Part shown: one piece after another, positions 32,885 to 40,681 of the stretch
Position numbering within the stretch: the stretch's first letter is position 1
Layout: every line of letters begins with the position of its first letter
DNA from: Rhodanobacteraceae bacterium
GTDB taxonomy: Bacteria > Pseudomonadota > Gammaproteobacteria > Xanthomonadales > SZUA-5
Assembly (NCBI GenBank): GCA_043750875.1
Contig: JAYVAQ010000479.1
Span: 1 to 40,681, forward strand
Reading direction: 5' to 3'
DNA length: 40,681 nt
Made by a program: the position numbers and the translations under genes
The notes under the pieces: generated by a model
What the model was told of the DNA's origin: nothing
The model's database searches: none
The model's input: the letters and a program-made list of their open reading frames with translations, nothing else

Positions 32885-34237
32885 CTAGCGCGTCCAAGAT
32901 TTTATCGGCACCACAAATCTAAATTCCCGGTGCACCATTCGATCGGTCGCTACGACTTCCCGTTGGTTTTCCATCGCGTAGGTAAGCCGATCATCATTGA
33001 TGGCGGTTTGATCTACGGTGTTTACCATCATTCCAACTTCAACCGCGGTTACAGAACGCCACAGACAATTTGCCTCAACGGTGTCGGTCGCCACAGGCGG
33101 GCAGGGAATAGCGCCACCATTTGCACTATTGACTTGGTCTGCCGTCAGCCAAGTCACATTATTCTCTGGGTTTGCTCCTGCAACCGTGCGCGCATTTACC
33201 GCATACCGGAAATCTAAGCGTTCGACGCCGCGTGCAATTTCCTCCAGTGGCCGACCGTTTTCACGCCGCATTAAAGCTGGAATCAGTCGGTTGGCACTAT
33301 TTGGATCTGCGATAAATTGCAAAAAGTAGGTGACCGTTAACCACTGGTTTTCCATATCAAAAACGCGCGCATTGTTGTCTGGCCCAAAATTGGCTGTCAC
33401 TGGCCCAGGCGCGTCCAACGTTAAAACATTACCCGCAAACGAACCGCGATAAATCTCGGCTTTGTCGCAATCGGCGAGCATCACCAAACGGTTGGTTAGC
33501 CGCGCGGCAGACAAGCCATCCAAGCCAAGTCTTGCAAGTGAATTGGGCGCTAACGTCAGCCCATTAAGAATGGATGCGCCGTTGCCTACCAAAGTACGAA
33601 CCGTCAGTACATCGGCACCAGGCACGCGCTGCCCAGCAACATTTCCGACCAACGCTGTGGCTGCGGTAGCGCCAGTTTCCGTACGGCCAGCGCCGACAGT
33701 CGTCAGAGCCGGCGTACAGACATTTCCTACGCATTCATGCCCTTGGATAGCAAAGCGGGCACTAATTAAATAAGGCGCACCCACTGCAGGAAGCGGGGTC
33801 GCAGGCGTTGGGGGAATAGTGGGGGCAGGCGCAGGGAAGGCCGCCATGTCTGCGCGCGTTATAAGGCCATAAAATAGCCCACCGGTGGCCGCTGAACCCG
33901 TCGTTGCATAGTTTACGGAAAGATCATCGTTGCCTTTAACTTGAAGCAATGGATTAACTGTGCTTCGTATCGGCCGCTGCGGGGTGAACCCATCAGTTGC
34001 GAGTTGGATGTTGATTGCTGAGCAATACTGACTGCCAGCCCCGCCAATATCACTTGATAACATATCGACCGCAATTCGCCCGGTTTCCTGAATCGTGGCA
34101 ATGCCTCGTTGAAGGCGAATGTTGTTCGTCGTGTTGGTGAATATTGTAGCGATCCCCAAAATTAGGATCAGTCCGATCGTCATCGCAACCAATATTTCGA
34201 TCAACGTGAAACCCTGATGTGTCGTTTTCGTATTCAT
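32885..34237 (-). CDS. pilW: Minor pilin PilW (unusually long, about 450 aa)
   Basis: MNTKTTHQG/FTLIEILVAMTIGLILILG is the prepilin signal. The ATG at 34237 overlaps the pilV TGA (ATGA). The ORF-track start at 34252 is 5 codons upstream. Confidence 0.8.
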   Translation of the reverse strand: MNTKTTHQGFTLIEILVAMTIGLILILGIATIFTNTTNNIRLQRGIATIQETGRIAVDMLSSDIGGAGSQYCSAINIQLATDGFTPQRPIRSTVNPLLQVKGNDDLSVNYATTGSAATGGLFYGLITRADMAAFPAPAPTIPPTPATPLPAVGAPYLISARFAIQGHECVGNVCTPALTTVGAGRTETGATAATALVGNVAGQRVPGADVLTVRTLVGNGASILNGLTLAPNSLARLGLDGLSAARLTNRLVMLADCDKAEIYRGSFAGNVLTLDAPGPVTANFGPDNNARVFDMENQWLTVTYFLQFIADPNSANRLIPALMRRENGRPLEEIARGVERLDFRYAVNARTVAGANPENNVTWLTADQVNSANGGAIPCPPVATDTVEANCLWRSVTAVEVGMMVNTVDQTAINDDRLTYAMENQREVVATDRMVHREFRFVVPIKSWTR

Positions 34238-34773
34238 GGCTGAAACACCCAAGATCTAGAAGTCATTGTGCCAGTGCGGTCTATCGGCCAATTCATCGTA
34301 AGTATGCAACTACCGACATATGGCGGCCTAGTTCCTGGCCCAGCTAGCCCGGTTATCGTGGGGAAAATCCGCTGCGCGTCGCAGCGAACAGCCGCAGTAG
34401 CGCCAACTTGTAGGTATTGGCCCATGAGTAGCGCAACTTGATTTAGGTCATCTACCGCTTGCGCTGCACCGGTGCAAGCATTGCCGGACAGACATGACCT
34501 TACTAAAGGCGGCGCACCGGCATAGATATCAATCGCAGTAATCGGCCCGCTGTAGTTATTTTGAAATACGCCCAAAGAATTGCGGCGCATCGCTCCCATT
34601 AGGTATTCCGCAATATTGACGACTTGCGTTCCTGTATAGGCTTCCGCATTCGTACGTATTGCAAGTGCGGCGGCGGAAAGCAGACCAAGCAGACCGAGGC
34701 TAAACACAACAATTGCAATGAGGATTTCGACTAGCGTGGCGCCTCGCGCGCTTGACGCAAAACTTAAGCGCAT
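34234..34773 (-). CDS. pilV: Minor pilin PilV
   Basis: MRLSFASSARG/ATLVEILIAIVVFSLGLLG is a prepilin-type signal with Glu at +5 but Ala at +1. Its position between fimU and pilW also fits. Confidence 0.75.
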   Translation of the reverse strand: MRLSFASSARGATLVEILIAIVVFSLGLLGLLSAAALAIRTNAEAYTGTQVVNIAEYLMGAMRRNSLGVFQNNYSGPITAIDIYAGAPPLVRSCLSGNACTGAAQAVDDLNQVALLMGQYLQVGATAAVRCDAQRIFPTITGLAGPGTRPPYVGSCILTMNWPIDRTGTMTSRSWVFQP

Positions 34774-35348
34774 GCTGCCGCTCCTTTAGCTACAAAGATT
34801 CTCCCGCTTTGCGACACACAAACTTTACGCGTTGAAGAAACCTCTGCATTGGGTTTAGTAACTTCAAAACTCACGAACGCGTCGGCAACGTTACTCCTGC
34901 GACGGCCATTGGAATCAAACAACACAAAGATCGGCGCGCCGTTTATGTCGACTGTGTACCGTTTGCCTGAAGGTTCTTGTGGATCATCCACATAGCCGAC
35001 GCTGTTTCCCTCGCGCAGTACTTCCGTTGCAGGCGTAACAATACCCGTTCGGGCGGGATCAACAAACGCCTCCCAGCCGTCTTGCCAAGTATCACCTTTC
35101 ATTCTGACTGATATCGGTCTAGATCGACGTAATGCCTCACCCCGCGCGAAGTTCAACGCAACCAATATCTCATTGGAGGCAGCAGTAAACCGGCTTTGTT
35201 CGATTTGATTTTTGAAATTCGGAACTGCGGTTGCCAGCAAAATAGCCGCGATGGCCAGAGTGATCAATATTTCCATCACCGTAAAGCCTTGACTTGCCTT
35301 TCGACTGCGTCGATTCCGTCCCGAATGCTTCATTTCAATTTTCTGCAT
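34764..35348 (-). CDS. fimU: GspH/FimT-family minor pilin (FimU position)
   Basis: ...RKASQG/FTVMEILITLAIAAILLATAVPNFKNQIEQSRF is a prepilin signal plus the GspH/FimT N-terminal helix. It is the first gene of the operon. An alternative start is ATG 35333. Confidence 0.75.
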   Translation of the reverse strand: MQKIEMKHSGRNRRSRKASQGFTVMEILITLAIAAILLATAVPNFKNQIEQSRFTAASNEILVALNFARGEALRRSRPISVRMKGDTWQDGWEAFVDPARTGIVTPATEVLREGNSVGYVDDPQEPSGKRYTVDINGAPIFVLFDSNGRRRSNVADAFVSFEVTKPNAEVSSTRKVCVSQSGRIFVAKGAAACA

Positions 35349-35444
35349 AACGCCACCATTTGGCCAATGGAACTACTTCCAGTCTATAAAAACACACCCA
35401 CCAAACCGCTACAACCCAGCACCGCTGACCGGCTTGAAGGTACA

Positions 35445-35453
35445 GACGAACGG
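35445..35453 (-). promoter_or_regulatory. Exact AlgR-type 9-mer CCGTTCGTC upstream of fimU
   Basis: The + strand reads GACGAACGG, so on the operon strand it is CCGTTCGTC. This is identical to the P. aeruginosa AlgR core site as I recall it from algD RB1. It lies 97 nt upstream of the fimU ATG and abuts the stop of the upstream peptidase gene. Confidence 0.35.
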
Positions 35454-37769
35454 CTAATGCGGGCCGAGCTCGCGCGCGAAAAACGACTCAATGCCACGAT
35501 AGATATGGAGCTTTGTCTTCGGATTTGCCGGGCCGTGGCGCATGCCCGGATAGGTCATCAGATCAAATTCCACACCACGCGTTTGCAACTCGCTCATTAG
35601 CGTGGTGCTGTTGGTAAACAAGACATTGTCGTCCGCCATGCCATGAATTAGCAGCAGGCGTGCGCGTAGGCCGTCCAAATGGGTCGACACTGTGGCGGCT
35701 TTGTAGCCAGCGACATTGTCAGTCGGTGTAGCCATGTAGCGCTCGGTGTAATGCGTGTCGTACAAAGCCCAATCTGTAACGGGGGCGCCTGCGGCTCCGG
35801 CTTTTACCAGATCGCCACCTTGCGTCAGAATTTGCAGCGTCATGTAACCGCCATAACTCCAGCCGTAAACCCCGATGCGGGCCTTATCTACATAGGATTG
35901 CGCGCCCAACCAACGAATACCTGCGAGTTGATCGTCTACATCCGGGCCGCCCATTTTTCGGTAGATGGCGGCTTCGAATTTTGCCCCGCGCCGCGCACTG
36001 CCGCGGTTGTCCAGGCTAAAAACTAGATAACCCTGCTGCGCGAAAACTTGCGGCAAAAGATCGCCGAATTTACGCTGCAATACCTGCACGTGTGGGCCGC
36101 CGTAGGTGTAAACCAAAGCCGGGTAGCGCTTTGTTGCATCGAAATTAGCTGGTTTGAAGATGCGGTAGTTCAATGGCTGGTTTGCCGTGTCGCCTCCCGG
36201 CGAGACTTGTACGCCATTGTTTAGCGTGCCGTATTCGGGTTCGACCAAGCCTTTTTGATAGGCAAACAAGGGATGACCGGGCTTTATTTCATTGGCATCC
36301 AGCACTGCCTGCACGTGCCCGTCGCTGCTGTGTAAGCGCACTTGCGGCGGTGTCAGTACGTCGGAATAAGTGTCCAGAAATTGCTTGGCGTTTTCACTAA
36401 AGGTGCTGACATGCGTGCCAGCACCCTGCGTTAACTGACGTGGCAAACTTTTGCCATCTATCGCCACGGCAAAGGTCTGCATCTGGATCGGATCGTGCAA
36501 ATTACCAGAGAAATACGCGGTCTTTGCGGCCTCATCAATGCGTAACAGCTTATCTACAAGCCAGTTTCCCTGCGTTACTGTGCCCAGTAATTTCCCTGTT
36601 AAATCATAGCGATACAGATGGTTAAAGCCAGTGCGCTCTGATGCCCAGATAAATTCAGGCGCCGATTTTAAAAACGTCAGCGCGTGATTGAGATTTACGA
36701 ACGACTCACTTTGTTCGGTTAAAAGGACTTTTGCCATGCCTGTCTTGGCATCACAAATAAGCAAATCCAGCGTTTTCTGATCGCGGCTTTGTCGTTGCAC
36801 TGCAACGCGCGCGCCGTCGGGCAGCCAATTTACCCGCGCCAAATACACGTCTGAATTGTTGCCTAGATCGATTTTCACCGCCTTTTCCGGCATTGCAATT
36901 GGCACCACGAATAAATCAACGACGGCATTCGCTTGGCCGGACGCTGGATAGCGCTGCTCGACCACCTCGGTGCGATCCGCATAGATCTCAAAGCGTTTTG
37001 CCAAATTCACCTTTGCCACGTCAAAGCGCTGCATGGCAATGTGGCGTTCATCCGGTGCCCACCAATAGCCGGTGAAGCGATCCATTTCTTCTTGCGCAAC
37101 AAATTCGGCACTACCGTAAGCGATGGTTCCGCCACCCTCCTTGCTCAGCGTAATCAAGCGCTTCGTTGCGAGCTCAACCGCATACAGATTGCTTTTCCGC
37201 ACAAAGCTTACATAGTTTCCAAGCGGTGAGAACTGCGGGTCGCTAGCCGCGCCGTCTTTGACGTCAGTTAGGGTTTGCACAGCTGCGGTGTCTAAGTTGT
37301 ACAAATACAGCGCGCCGCTCAGTGGGAACAGTAGCTGCTTGCCATCGTTGGAAAAATGGTAGTCGACGATGCCGCTTAACGAGGCAATGCGCATACGCTC
37401 GCGGCGTGACTTTTCCTCTTCCGAAATGGTTTCGGGCGCGCCGGTAATTTTTGCAGAGTCCACCAAAAGCGCGGTCTTTTTGCTGCGAATGTCGTAGCTC
37501 CAAAGGTCCAGCGCGAATGAGTTTTCCGGCTTGCCACGCAAAAACGTCACACGTGAACTATCCGGGCTGAGTTTCATGCTCAGCGGCGGCTGGCCGCCCA
37601 GTGCTGGCTCCGCGTAAAGGCGTTCCAGCGTCAGTTGCGCCGAGTCCAATTTCGCGTCGGTTTTTGCGGGCGCAGCGGGCATAAATGGGCTCCAGGTCAG
37701 ACAAGTGATTACTAGCGTGGCGTGCAAGATGGCGCGCATAGGTGCCAGACAAATCGTAGGAAGTCGCAT
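35454..37769 (-). CDS. S9-family serine peptidase, dipeptidyl-peptidase IV-like
   Basis: It has a signal peptide and a DPP-IV N-terminal beta-propeller region. The C-terminal catalytic domain reads VYGWSYGGYMTL (GxSxGG nucleophile), with IHGMADDNV (Asp) and YPGMRHG (His). Confidence 0.9.
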   Translation of the reverse strand: MRLPTICLAPMRAILHATLVITCLTWSPFMPAAPAKTDAKLDSAQLTLERLYAEPALGGQPPLSMKLSPDSSRVTFLRGKPENSFALDLWSYDIRSKKTALLVDSAKITGAPETISEEEKSRRERMRIASLSGIVDYHFSNDGKQLLFPLSGALYLYNLDTAAVQTLTDVKDGAASDPQFSPLGNYVSFVRKSNLYAVELATKRLITLSKEGGGTIAYGSAEFVAQEEMDRFTGYWWAPDERHIAMQRFDVAKVNLAKRFEIYADRTEVVEQRYPASGQANAVVDLFVVPIAMPEKAVKIDLGNNSDVYLARVNWLPDGARVAVQRQSRDQKTLDLLICDAKTGMAKVLLTEQSESFVNLNHALTFLKSAPEFIWASERTGFNHLYRYDLTGKLLGTVTQGNWLVDKLLRIDEAAKTAYFSGNLHDPIQMQTFAVAIDGKSLPRQLTQGAGTHVSTFSENAKQFLDTYSDVLTPPQVRLHSSDGHVQAVLDANEIKPGHPLFAYQKGLVEPEYGTLNNGVQVSPGGDTANQPLNYRIFKPANFDATKRYPALVYTYGGPHVQVLQRKFGDLLPQVFAQQGYLVFSLDNRGSARRGAKFEAAIYRKMGGPDVDDQLAGIRWLGAQSYVDKARIGVYGWSYGGYMTLQILTQGGDLVKAGAAGAPVTDWALYDTHYTERYMATPTDNVAGYKAATVSTHLDGLRARLLLIHGMADDNVLFTNSTTLMSELQTRGVEFDLMTYPGMRHGPANPKTKLHIYRGIESFFARELGPH

Positions 37770-37925
37770 CGCAAAACCAACTCAGTTGGATAAAGTCGGG
37801 ATTTAAACACGCCTTGCCTGCGCGCAACACTGAATCTAGAGGCGATTGCGCTCGCGGGACGCTAGAACTTCCGGCACCCAAGTGATACTGTATAACATCT
37901 ACTTTGTATCGCCTTCGTTCTGGAG

Positions 37926-38453
37926 TTGCGCGTGTCTGGAATTTCTTTATCTGCAATCGCTGTGCATGATGCTGTTCCTCAGCGTCGCAATAAAATTGTG
38001 GTGCCAAGCATTGGCAGTTATTTTGCCCGCGCGTGGCTGCTGCTTAGCGGTGGTTTATCGCTCGCGTGCGCAATCCACTGCGCGCTGGTGCCTTTTCTAT
38101 TTGTGCTTATGCCAACTTTGAAAATGGCGCTGTATTCAGTGCGCGATCCGCAGCACCACATTGCGATTTTTTTGTTGCAAAGCGTGCGATTCGAGCAGCC
38201 ATTGGTATTTGCCGGCCTCATTTTGACCGCTTTGACGCTGATTCAGGCGCGCTTGCGCGGCAAAATTGGTGGCGCGGCTCAACAAAACGTTTGGTTGCTA
38301 TACGCCTTGGGCGCGACGTTGACGCTTACTGGCGCATTTAGCCCGGCGCGTGCGGTAGTTCAGCATGCGGTTTTAATGGTTGCTGGGGGTTTATTTTTGG
38401 TATCTGCGAGTATTTTGAACGCGCGTCGGGTGAAAGCTGCGAGCGGCTGTTAG
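37926..38453 (+). CDS. MerC-domain membrane protein
   Basis: LLLSGGLSLACAIHCALVPFLFVLMP is the CxxHC-type MerC N-terminal helix, followed by 3 further TM segments. The start is uncertain: the track start is TTG 37926, and in-frame GTGs lie at 37997 and 38000. Confidence 0.6.
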   Translation: MRVSGISLSAIAVHDAVPQRRNKIVVPSIGSYFARAWLLLSGGLSLACAIHCALVPFLFVLMPTLKMALYSVRDPQHHIAIFLLQSVRFEQPLVFAGLILTALTLIQARLRGKIGGAAQQNVWLLYALGATLTLTGAFSPARAVVQHAVLMVAGGLFLVSASILNARRVKAASGC

Positions 38454-38474
38454 CTAGGGCCTCCCTAAAAAAGC

Positions 38475-39218
38475 TTATTCCAGCGCTGTCAAAATTGACT
38501 TCACGTCCGCCATCCCTTGCGCCAAATTGGCGAATATTTCCGCCATCGTAATTTCACTCTGATCACCGCAACCGGCAGCCCAATTCGCCACCACGGCAAT
38601 ACAACCGTATTCAATGCCAGCTTCCCGCGCCAATACCGCCTCGGGCATGCCGGTCATGCCGACCAAATCGCAACCGTCACGCTTCATACGCGCGATTTCT
38701 GCTTTGGTTTCTAGCCGCGGGCCTTCGGTACAGCCGTAGCAGCCGAATTCTAATGCTAAGACTTTGGCTTTTTGTGCAGCTATTCCAAGCGCTTTACGCA
38801 TGCTGGCGCTGTAGGGCTCGGTGAAGTCGATATGGACTACTTTTTCCCCGGCCACATCGGAAAAACTACTTAAACGCCCGTGCGTATAGTCGATCAACTG
38901 GTCGCAAATCGAAATCGCTTTCGGCCCCATATCTTGATGAATTCCGCCGACCGCGTTTACCGCAACAATTCTGCTTACGCCAAGATCTTTCATAGCCTGG
39001 ATATTCGCGCGGTAATTAACCCGATGTGGGGCTATGGTGTGATCGCCGCCGTGGCGCGTTAAAAATGCCACTCGACGTCCGTGCCATAGGCCAGTGGTAA
39101 TCGCGCTGCTAGGGGTGCCGTAGCGGTTCGATTCGGTGTGCTGCGCAATATCCTTGAGTTCATCAAGAGCGTACAGGCCGGTGCCGCCAATAATGGCAAA
39201 GTCGATTTCAGATTTCAT
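38475..39218 (-). CDS. S-methyl-5'-thioadenosine / 5'-methylthioinosine phosphorylase (MTAP family)
   Basis: FAIIGGTGLY...FLTRHG..H.IAPHRVNYRANI...VNAVGG...YGCTEGPRLETKAEI...GCDLVGMTGMPEAVLAREAGIEY are MTAP/PNP-family signatures. Confidence 0.85.
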   Translation of the reverse strand: MKSEIDFAIIGGTGLYALDELKDIAQHTESNRYGTPSSAITTGLWHGRRVAFLTRHGGDHTIAPHRVNYRANIQAMKDLGVSRIVAVNAVGGIHQDMGPKAISICDQLIDYTHGRLSSFSDVAGEKVVHIDFTEPYSASMRKALGIAAQKAKVLALEFGCYGCTEGPRLETKAEIARMKRDGCDLVGMTGMPEAVLAREAGIEYGCIAVVANWAAGCGDQSEITMAEIFANLAQGMADVKSILTALE

Positions 39219-39363
39219 CGGGGCTTAAATCAAGTATTAGATGCCAAAATCATAGCACCGGGCGTGCCCTGATTGACCGTACCGGTGCTGCATCGTAGAG
39301 TCTGGGCGTAGCTGGCCGATCCAAACTCCAAAGTCACCGCCGCACTTTTTTACTGGATTAAAC

Positions 39364-40521
39364 ATGCGCTTTCGTCGAGATGCACCCGTCGCAATTATTG
39401 GTACTTTGGTGCTGGTGATCGCCGCGTTGACTTGGGCTTCGAACGCGATGTTTGCCTCGCAAATGGCAGAAGTCGAGGCGACGCAGTTCAAACAAATGCG
39501 GGCGATTTTAGACACCAGCTTGCGCGCTGCAGAAGACCGGGCTTTGGCGCGCGCTGAGCTGGTTGCTAATCTGCCAACGGTGCGCGCCGCGTTTGCCGCC
39601 GGGGATCGCGAGAAGTTATTGGCGGAATGTAGCGAGATGTTCGCGATTCAACGCGACAAACACGGCGTGGATCAAGCGCAGTTCGCAACGCTGGCAGGAA
39701 TTTCATTCTTACGATTAAATGCGCCTAGCAAATTTGGTGAAGATTTATCCAGCTTTCGCCCGGTTATCGTTGCGGTCAATCGCGATCAGGTGGCGCGCAA
39801 GGGCCTGGCGCTAGGGCGATCTGGACCGGCATTAATGGGCGTGGTGCCAGTATTTGACTTGGAGCGAAAACCTTTAGGTATCTTCGAAATGGGCATGGAT
39901 TTCGCACCGATACTGGATAAATTGAAAGCGTCCTATACCTTTGATGCCAGCTTTTTCGTGCGTGAGCGGCAGTTGCGCGAAATTGCCACGAATGTCAGTC
40001 CGGAAGTTCTTGATGAACATAATCGCGTCGGGGAGTTCCTAAAGTTTAGTTCGACCAATACCACGCTGATCAAGACCTTGGTGGACGGCAGCGATCTGGC
40101 ACGCGTCAATGGTGATCCGGTGCAATACACGCGCGTGGTTTCCAGGGTGACCTATGGCGTGATTTTAGTTGCGCTGCGCAATGCGGCAGGCGAATCTTTG
40201 GGCATTATCGCCACGGTTAGCGATTTCAGCACCACGCGTGCGGCAGCCGGGCGTGCGCTGGTGCTGCAGCTTGCCCAGGGTTTGCTGGCGTTGGTATTGC
40301 TGAGCGGCGTGGTGTTGGTAGTCATACGCGGATTTTTGCTGCGGCCACTGGCGGCTTTAAATCAGGGCTTTGAGCACCTAGGCACGGGCAACACCGATTC
40401 CGCGTCGGTGCCGAGCGAGACACTGTGTGAGGAGCTAGCAGCATTGGCTCAGCATTACCAACGTTTAAGCTCACATGACCGAGCTGGCACGAACACCATG
40501 GCAGGCAAAGACAGCAAATGA
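39364..40521 (+). CDS. Cache-domain / HAMP-domain transmembrane sensor with no recognisable output domain
   Basis: TM1 is VAIIGTLVLVIAALTW. About 270 aa of periplasmic Cache-like region follows (FLRLNAPSKFGEDLSSFRP, GVVPVFD). TM2 is LLALVLLSGVVLVVI. The HAMP-like region reads IRGFLLRPLAALNQGFEHLGTGN, and the protein ends about 45 aa later. Confidence 0.7.
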   Translation: MRFRRDAPVAIIGTLVLVIAALTWASNAMFASQMAEVEATQFKQMRAILDTSLRAAEDRALARAELVANLPTVRAAFAAGDREKLLAECSEMFAIQRDKHGVDQAQFATLAGISFLRLNAPSKFGEDLSSFRPVIVAVNRDQVARKGLALGRSGPALMGVVPVFDLERKPLGIFEMGMDFAPILDKLKASYTFDASFFVRERQLREIATNVSPEVLDEHNRVGEFLKFSSTNTTLIKTLVDGSDLARVNGDPVQYTRVVSRVTYGVILVALRNAAGESLGIIATVSDFSTTRAAAGRALVLQLAQGLLALVLLSGVVLVVIRGFLLRPLAALNQGFEHLGTGNTDSASVPSETLCEELAALAQHYQRLSSHDRAGTNTMAGKDSK

Positions 40522-40681
40522 TCGGGCACCTGCAGCGCCTAAGCTTACTTCTGCTTTGGCTATTGGCTTTTTCGTTTGCTGCGCACGCGGCTGAAACTGA
40601 GCCAAAGTCGAAGTTAGACTCAGACTCCGTACTCACCACACTGCCCACCGGCACCGGTTTGCCAGTCGTGGCCCGAGTTGG
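40518..40681 (+). CDS. Secreted protein of unknown function, 5' part only (runs off the right edge)
   Basis: Absent from the ORF track. The ATG at 40518 overlaps the upstream TGA (ATGA). It translates MIGHLQRLSLLLLWLLAFSFAAHA/AETEPKSKLDSDSVLTTLPTGTGLPVVARVG, which has a clear signal peptide with an AHA-A cleavage site. Confidence 0.5.
   Translation, partial: MIGHLQRLSLLLLWLLAFSFAAHAAETEPKSKLDSDSVLTTLPTGTGLPVVARV

Noticed and set aside
37777-37789. The 13-bp palindrome CCAACT-C-AGTTGG, just upstream of the S9 peptidase start.
   Set aside because: It is short (6-bp arms), a single occurrence, and has no matching known site. I noted it, but it is not strong enough to call.
37880-37900. A LexA/SOS-box-like ACTGTATAACATCTAC upstream of the MerC-like gene.
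   Set aside because: It has the CTGT half-site but lacks the ACAG half at the correct 8-nt spacing.
39254-39289. The inverted repeat AGCACCGG-N20-CCGGTGCT, between the phosphorylase and Cache-HAMP genes.
   Set aside because: It is an 8-bp stem with a long loop in a divergent promoter region. It has no T-run and no similarity to riboswitch cores I know, so it is not distinctive enough to call.

Overview
This 40.7 kb window looks like chromosomal DNA from a Gram-negative proteobacterium; I cannot resolve beta versus gamma from sequence alone. I recognised no rRNA, tRNA, CRISPR array, transposase or integrase. In order, the window contains the following.

- **1-11717, polyhydroxybutyrate (PHB) / 3-hydroxybutyrate (3HB) utilisation locus.** It holds a GntP permease running off the left edge, a TonB-dependent receptor translationally coupled to a lipoprotein PHB-depolymerase-type esterase, and a transporter-like (SLC5-type) hybrid sensor kinase. 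A LuxR-type response regulator and a lipoprotein 3HB-oligomer hydrolase complete it. A small accessory insertion (vapBC plus a decayed AlbA_2-type gene carrying a 12-nt tandem repeat) splits the kinase from the regulator.
- **11722-13054:** housekeeping genes rdgB and rph.
- **13148-16145:** a secreted HExxH metallopeptidase and two tandem DsbC paralogs.
- **16210-19815:** a four-gene operon (GT4 glycosyltransferase, PAP2 phosphatase, BtaA-like, BtaB-like) predicted to make phosphorus-free membrane lipids. A Pho-box-like element lies upstream.
- **19926-22448:** an atypical TonB-family protein, an orphan antitoxin with a truncated PIN toxin, and a DUF4349 lipoprotein.
- **22729-25192:** an uncharacterised, translationally coupled DUF2157 / DUF4401 / GDYXXLXY membrane triad, preceded by a 15-nt direct repeat.
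- **25235-27608:** an acyl-CoA dehydrogenase and an unknown lipoprotein.
- **27760-35348:** an AT-richer type IV pilus minor-pilin operon (fimU-pilV-pilW-pilX-pilY1-pilE). An exact AlgR-type 9-mer lies upstream.
- **35454-40681:** a DPP-IV-like S9 peptidase, a MerC-like protein, an MTA/MTI phosphorylase, an output-less Cache-HAMP sensor, and a secreted-protein ORF running off the right edge.

All family assignments come from reading the translated ORFs by eye. No searches were run.
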